40,478 nt of DNA from Chiloscyllium plagiosum (Eukaryota): the NCBI RefSeq assembly GCF_004010195.1, contig NC_057754.1, forward strand, positions 6,807,461-6,847,938, read 5' to 3'. Under the pieces are notes generated by a model. That model did no database searches. It saw nothing but the letters and a program-made list of their open reading frames with translations, and was not told where the DNA came from. Each line of letters starts with the position of its first letter. Position 1 is the stretch's first letter. Below, piece after piece: positions 34,306-40,478 of this stretch. Made by a program: the position numbers and the translations under genes.

Positions 34306-34612
34306 GGGCGGCACGGTGGCACAGTGGTTAGCACTGCCGCCTCACAGCGGCAGAGACCCGGGTTCAATTCCCGCCTCAGGCGACTGTCTGTGTGGAGTTT
34401 GCACGTTCTCCCCGTGTCTGCGTGGGTTTCCTCCGGGTGGCTCCGGTTTCCTCCCACAGTCCCAAACATGTGCAGGTTAGGTGAATTGGCCATGCTCAAT
34501 TGCCCAGAGTGCTAGGTGTAGGGGAATGGGTCTGGGTGGGTTGCTCTTCGGAGAGTCGGTGTGGGCTTGTTGGGCCGAAGGGCCTGTTTCCACGCTGTAA
34601 GTAATCGAATCT
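34306..34612 (+). mobile_element. HE1-like SINE, full length
   Basis: GGGCGGCACGGTGGCACAGTGG (box A), GGTTCAATTCC (box B), V-type core and CR1-derived tail. Confidence 0.95.
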
Positions 34613-35262
34613 CGCTTCAAATGCATTGTGTGTCATTTCCCACACCACCTTTAAATCACTGAGTGAGCTTTAGTGTGGTACAACTTTCCTTTCATAAGCT
34701 CACATTCACAATCGTGCGAAAACCTGTCTTGTTTTCAAAGCGGCAGGTACATTCCTGCTTTTCCTAGCCTCCCACATCCACTGTTTCACTTCCCAGTCAG
34801 TAGTTCTCAGGCCTACTCTCTCTGACGGTACTTCCTACAAACAGGTTTGAAGTTTTCTCGCTCTTCTGCTCCACACACGTCTCCCATATCCAATGAGTAT
34901 TATTTGCCCAGGTCCTTTGCTATTTCCTTATGTCCTTCCACCAACCTTTCTCATGTACCCCACTTGAGAAAGCTTTGTGTTCAGAAGGGGTTAACTGGAC
35001 TTGCTTGTTCAGTGATTGCAATTAAAGTCAGTCCACGAGAGCATTAATTGTGTCACCGGAAGATTTAGCCTTTCCACAAAAAGACGCTCCCTTCTGCATC
35101 TTTTCCAATGGCTTCAGTGGAAACGTCACTCCTGGCACGTGTAGGAGGATCTCGGGTCCTTAGACTGGTTGGTTAGACTGAAATCCGAGACCAACAGATT
35201 GGAGCAATTCATCAGAGAGCTAAAAACTGAGAGCCACAGAGACCAGGGATGAGAAAGAGAAT

Positions 35263-35418
35263 ATGGGTTGCAATCTGAAAGCAATAGACTTCATCACTTT
35301 GGGCTTGACCGTCTTTCTGCAGATGACACGTGGATCGCAGTAGCTGAACAGAACTATTGGATTTTTCGGTTTAGTCAATGTAATTACTATCCCATCTTCA
35401 CCGTTGCTGGGGTTCCTA
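35263..35418 (+). pseudogene. Exon 1 of a GPR139-like GPCR pseudogene (N-terminus and start of TM1)
   Basis: Reads NYYPIFTVAGVP followed by a phase-1 donor A|GTAGGT at 35419. The nearest ATG (35263) is out of frame with the YYP frame. Confidence 0.65.
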
Positions 35419-35424
35419 GTAGGT

Positions 35425-35592
35425 CATCAAATCCCTACAGTGTAGAAACAGGTCATTCAGCCCAGCAAGTCCACACAGATCCTCCAAAACAGTATCCCAC
35501 CCAGACCTATTCCCCTATTCCCACCCAGACCTATTCGGCATTGGACCGAAGGGCTTGTTTCCACACTGTAAGTAATCTACTCTAATCTAATA
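35425..35592. mobile_element. Two inverted HE1-like SINE tail fragments
   Basis: CCCTACAGTGTAGAAACAGG (-) and GGACCGAAGGGCTTGTTTCCACACTGTAAGTAATCTA (+). CCCACCCAGACCTATTC is locally duplicated. Confidence 0.75.
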
Positions 35593-35760
35593 ACTTCTCT
35601 GATGGAATCGTGTTCACAGAAAGCACTGACCACATTCATCGACTGTTCAAGAACGATTATTTATCGAAAATAAATGAACACCAGTCACAGGCAGAGCAGA
35701 AAGATCAATATTTAAGTCTACTAGCTGAAACACTAAACTGAAACCGACATGCCTGATAAA

Positions 35761-35975
35761 GAGTCAGGATTAGAGTGGTGCTGGAAAAGCACAACGGGTC
35801 AGGCAGCATCTGAGGAGCAGGAGAATCGACATTTGGGGCAAAAGTCCTTCATCAGGAATGGGCTTTTGCCCGAAATGTTGACTCTCCTGCTCCTCAGATG
35901 CTGCCTGACCTACTGTGCTTTTCCAGCACCATTCTTTTTGACTCTCATCTTCAGCATCTGCAGTACCCACTTTCT
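35761..35975. mobile_element. Palindromic Penelope-like terminal-repeat pair, in the GPCR intron
   Basis: Arms 35761-35847 and 35860-35944 are imperfect reverse complements around a 12-nt loop. Confidence 0.75.
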
Positions 35976-36731
35976 CCAGAGCTGAAACATTAACGCCCGT
36001 TTCCAAGTTCTGCACAAAGACACAGGCAGAAGCAAACAAAAACAAGATACTGGTGTTATATGTGGAGGAAATTGGCAGGGAAACATGGCTCAGTGGTACC
36101 ATTCCACGTCACTTGATGAAATGTTACTTTTCATTCCTGGATTTCCTGTTCCCTAATCATCGTTATGGATTCCTTCATTCTTTCACAGGGAAAATTGCTA
36201 CACTCATTACAAAATCCTGTTCTTGCTGTTTCAAGTAGGCAGCTGATAGAAACTGGTGGGTGAATAAAAACGTTTTGTGGAGTCTTCATTTACTTGACTA
36301 TACAGATAGAGAAACAGAAACTGTGCATTCAGGAGTCTCGAAACATCTGTCTCTCAGTTGTAAACCATTAAGCTGTTTACCAACATGCAAAACAATGTGC
36401 AACCATTGCTGGATGAATCTCACTCTCCCATATTTCAGGGCCATTTCAGCAATTCTATTTGCCGTCATTACTAGCTGTACTATTCCCATTTCAGTCCAAG
36501 TTCCATTATAAGCTAAAATACAGAAAATTGAGAAAGTGTCAGTTTTCCACTTCTAGATAACTAACTATATTTTAACCAGGGAGTAGAAAATGATGAATTT
36601 ATGAAATTATGAATTCCATAATTACAGTGGCAACCTTTTCATGATCTAATCTCTCTCCAATTGATTTCAGCGCATCATTGAATGCAATGTTACAGTAACA
36701 CGTCCTGCTTTACAATCCACCTTCTTTGCAA

Positions 36732-37632
36732 CAAACATAGTGACGATGGTGATCCTATCATGGGGAAAGTTTGGTCTCTCCAACTGTATTTCTCATTACC
36801 TGCCATGTCCGCATCAGATCTACTGGCCATTGTTCTCAACTTAATTTTGAGGCACATTCTAATTGCTCTTTCAGAATACAGGTGATTCTCTTTTGTGAAG
36901 CCCATCTGTGTGTGTAATATCCATGCTGTCCTACTTTATGCAGCTACAGACTGCTCTGTCTGGTTCACCGCTGGTTTCACCTTTGATAGATTTGTGGCTA
37001 TTTGTTGTCAGAAGTTGAAATGTACATATTGTGTAGAGAAAACAGCGGCTATAGTTCTGGGAGCAGTCATTGTGCTGAGCTGTTCAAAGAACATCACCTG
37101 GTACTTCATGTATACAGGCAAGTATTGGCTGATGAATGTACCATGGTTTTGCGTGTTAACAGAGGATGTTCAGTATTCTTGGATCTGGGGAACAATTGAG
37201 TTTGTCCATCACATTCTAACTGCTGCCGTCCCATTTGTTATCATTTTGCTTCTCAATATTGTCACTGTGAAACATATTATAGTGACCAGCAGAGTCCGAT
37301 GGAGACTGTTGACTCACAACAGTCGGGCGATTACAAGAGATCCTGAGATGGCGAGTCGGCGGAAATCCATCATTTTACTCTTTGTTATTTCAGTGAATTT
37401 CATTCTGCTGTGGGTAGTGTTCTTGCTGTATAGTATATGGCGACGCATGTGGCATGTGGGGTATCGGACCTTATGGCTCGATCGCTCTGCACGAGAATTG
37501 GGGTTCATGCTTCAGCTCTTGAGCTGCTGCATGAACACCTGCATTTATGTAGCGACGCAGATTAAATTCAGAGAACAGTTGAAGCACATGTTCAAATATC
37601 CCTTCATTGTCATGTGCCAGATCGTTCACTGA
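36732..37632 (+). pseudogene. Exon 2 of a GPR139-like class A GPCR, probable pseudogene; TM3 to C-terminus is still open for 245 codons (36895-37632)
   Basis: Reads NIVTMVILSWGKFGLSNCISHYL, frameshift at about 36802, AMSASDLLAIVLNLILRHI..YR* (36883-36885), then ..CNIHAVLLYAATDCSVWFTAGFTFDRFVAICCQK..PWFC..VPFVIILLLN..RRKSIILLF..LSCCMNTCIY..FREQLK. The expected acceptor reads AA at 36730-36731. Confidence 0.9.
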
Positions 37633-37934
37633 TGAGTATACCTGGATCGCTGGCAATTGAGAGTGCCTTTTCGATTCTTTTAAGAGGTTCAATCTCAGCA
37701 GTCTAAAGGCCTCTTGAGGATGGTAGTGAGAGAAAGAAGTCTCTTACTGTGGAGAAAGATCCGGAAAGCGGCCTAGCATTATGATGTCAGAGTGTCTGAG
37801 AGTCTAGTCACGTGGGGATATGAATCCAGCCTGTGAGCAAGCCCAGATGGATGACTTGCTTGCATACATCTCAGACGGAAGTCTGTGAGTGAGCCAATGG
37901 GGTGAATAATGTGGATTGGAGAGACCTATGACAG

Positions 37935-38110
37935 TGGGACAATTAGGAGGCATACCAGATACTTACCTTCATTAGCCGCGGCATGGATTTTAAGAGCAGT
38001 GCGGTTATACTTGAAACAAACCAAAGGAGACCAAAAGGGGCTATAACATTATGAGGGGCATAGACAGAGTAGTCAGGACAAACTTATCACTTTGATTGTG
38101 GGTTCAGTTA
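37935..38110 (+). mobile_element. Old CR1 fragment
   Basis: CCTTCATTAGCCGCGGCATGGATTTTAAGAGC..ATTATGAGGGGCATAGACAGAGTAG. Confidence 0.6.
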
Positions 38111-39078
38111 CCAGGCTGCATCAACTAAAGCTAAGGGACAGGAATTGTCTTCCTTCAATATCTCCAGATGAAAGAACAGTTTGCTTATTCTACCTTGCTG
38201 ACTTGAACCTGCATCAATCCAATGGGAGGTGATGGTGACAGTCAGGAAAAACTCAGCAGCTCTGACATCAACCGTGAAAAGAGAGAAGCAGAGCCAATGT
38301 TTCACTCCGTGTGGGCTTTCCTTCAGAACATCATCACTGCTTGCAACGTTAGGTTCTCCCTTCATCACTCACAGTTCAATCTCGGTGGACATGGGATGGA
38401 CCTTGTACAGCAAGTCTTATTCCCAGTGGATGTAAGGTGGGTGGGGTGGACACTGGAACAATACCGATTGTAATTTTTATGAGATTAGAGTTGGGAAAAT
38501 GGGCGTAGAATTGTATGGAAACTTTAACGTAGATTGACTCAAACTATCTGTTGTCAATCTTTTCAAGTAAAATTATTTTTGCTCTATGTCCGTTCAAATT
38601 CTCCCATATTTCATATCGAAATGTGTAGTATGGACATTAAGAGCTGAATGTGGGTTTTCTCGATATACACCATAAGTATTCCTCATTTGGATGCTTTGAT
38701 GTTCATTACCTTAAAGTTATTTTTCGGTTTCAAACAGTGGGCCTCCCAAACAAACACGGCTTAAAACTGAAACACTCAAACAGCTTTTTCTTCTGAAAAA
38801 TGGTCGGATAGTTGGATGCTCCCATCGATCTGTTGCAACAAAACAGCAACATGTTGACCTCCTGCAGATTGACAACATTGGTCGTGGGCAGAGGACACAA
38901 AGTTCATGAATACGCCAAAAATGCACTGTATTTATTTCATGTGCAGCTCCAACAGGACAACATTGTTCTAGCCATGGGTGTCACTAACAATGCTTCCTGG
39001 TCCTGTTCCACCCAAAGGGCGTCCAGGACTTGTAGCTGGGCAGAACATATCAAATGGCCTCGTGAGCTAACGAGATGC

Positions 39079-39680
39079 TGTTGTGGCTTGATATATTTTG
39101 TCCTGGTTTCTTTTAAGAGAGCGCGGTTGAACAAGAGGCGACGTGTAGCAACATAAACAGCTTGGTTTTTTTTAAAAGTTGGAACAGTAGAAGCAGCTTG
39201 GCTGGGTGGTGGCCAGCTCCCACAGACCAGGGATTGGCAGTGTTTTCGGTTCTGTTTAGCTTTTAGAGTCAGCTGGAAACTTGAAGAAGTGGGAATTATT
39301 CTTCTCCTGTCTTGGTTACAGATGGAAGCTGGGGTTCCTCTTCATGCTGGGGGTGTGACCTGTGAGAAAATTTTGTTTTCTCAACTTGCCTTTTTGCCAA
39401 GGGGTGTGTTTATGGGATGTTACTATTTTGGAACAATTAATTATTAGTAGTTACTGTCTTGATTATTCTGTTGTTTCCAACAGAGTTAAGTCATTCTAAG
39501 TTCTTCTTTATTCTGTTGTGTTTTAACTCGAGTGTTTGAATAAATTGTAGGTTGCTTAACACGGAATAGTCTGACCGGTCAATTTGCATCTGGGACACCT
39601 CATTTCACGTCTGCCTCTAAAGTAAGAAAACCTTAAGTGTCTGGGCTATCTTCTTAAAACATTTTGGTTTGTTCATAACA
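39079..39680 (+). mobile_element. Probable solo LTR
   Basis: About 600 bp bounded by TGTTGTG...CATAACA (TG..CA with a short inverted end). AATAAA at 39539-39544. No clear target-site duplication. Confidence 0.4.
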
Positions 39681-39727
39681 TGAAACTTCAACTTGGCCCA
39701 GGGAGAGAAACTGCCCCTGAGTACTGA

Positions 39728-39978
39728 TTAGATTCGATCCCCTACAGCGTGGAAACAGGCCCTTCGGCCCAACCAGTCCACACCGACGAGTAACCCACCC
39801 GGACCCATTTCCCTCTGAATGATGCACCGAACCCTCTGGGAAATTCATCCTAACCTGCATTTCTTTGGAGGAAACCCACGCAGAGAATGTAACACAGCCA
39901 GTCGTCCGAGGCTGGAATCGAACCCAGGACCTTGGCGCTGTGAGGCAGTGTGCTAGCCACTGAGCCACTGTGCCACCC
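39728..39978 (-). mobile_element. HE1-like SINE with internal deletions
   Basis: Head GGGTGGCACAGTGGCTCAGTGG..GGTTCGATTCC on -, and tail CCCTACAGCGTGGAAACAGGCC. Confidence 0.88.
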
Positions 39979-40478
39979 ATACTTCTTATTCAAATTCTGC
40001 AACTGAGTCCTTACTGAATTAGGAGCCCTGCAATCCACCCTCATCAATCTGAGACAAAACTAGGGCTGTCATCTGAGGGGATGGATGCAGCTTTCCAGAG
40101 GTAGGGATCGGACCATCTTGGGTTTCATGAAAATCGAGTTCAGTGTAACTACTTATCAAGCCAGGAATCCCTTTGGCCTCATCTGCCACTTTCAAAAAGT
40201 TGCGTTAGTGGATCACCTGGTCTTCCATTCAAATGGTACCATCCAGCTCCTCCTCTCATACAGCCTGCTGGAAACGTCACACTGCTCCACGTTGTGATTT
40301 GTCTGCCACGTTCTGGCCTGTTTTACCGGCCTGGTTACATCTTAACTGTCCTCCACATCTTTACATGTCCGTGCCATCTAGGAGCTTTGGAAGTAGACCT
40401 TAGTCTTGATCATGTGACTTCCGCTGGCAACATCTGGGAGCTGGAGAAAGTTGGGGGGGGGGGGGGGGGTGGAGGAAA

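Noticed and set aside
34306..34380. tRNA genes at the box A/B-containing sequences
   Set aside because: Each continues into a SINE core and a LINE-derived tail, so these are SINE heads.
36895..37632. Intact stand-alone 245-aa GPCR CDS
   Set aside because: It has a GTG start and lacks TM1-2, which lie upstream behind an in-frame stop and a frameshift.
39990..40440. Possible decayed Tx1/L1 ORF1 remnant (NPFGL..NGTIQ)
   Set aside because: The resemblance is limited to a few residues and cannot be supported without a profile search.

Overview
Eukaryotic, repeat-dense genomic DNA, most likely from a cartilaginous fish. This is inferred from HE1/V-SINE-type SINEs, HER1/CR1-type LINEs and shark-type GPR139-like GPCR copies; a carpet/bamboo-shark-like species is a plausible guess. 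There are four N gaps and no intact protein-coding gene can be supported. Most of the window is decayed CR1 LINE fragments, tRNA-derived SINEs, Penelope-like terminal-repeat fragments, one TA-flanked MITE, a probable solo LTR and tandem repeats. Two disabled class-A GPCR copies of the GPR139-like family lie on the + strand: about 25551-26348, and a two-exon copy at about 35263-37632. The most notable structures are (i) a 45/46-bp minisatellite that visibly arose inside the reverse-transcriptase region of a LINE, present as two arrays, one with higher-order blocks; (ii) 53-bp arrays that expanded inside two separate SINE copies; (iii) degenerate minimal hammerhead-ribozyme-like motifs in Penelope-like repeats, one in a long hairpin inside the GPCR intron; and (iv) a 101-bp near-identical local duplication joined at a microhomology. 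Boundaries of decayed repeats are approximate, and family names come from recalled motifs, not database searches.
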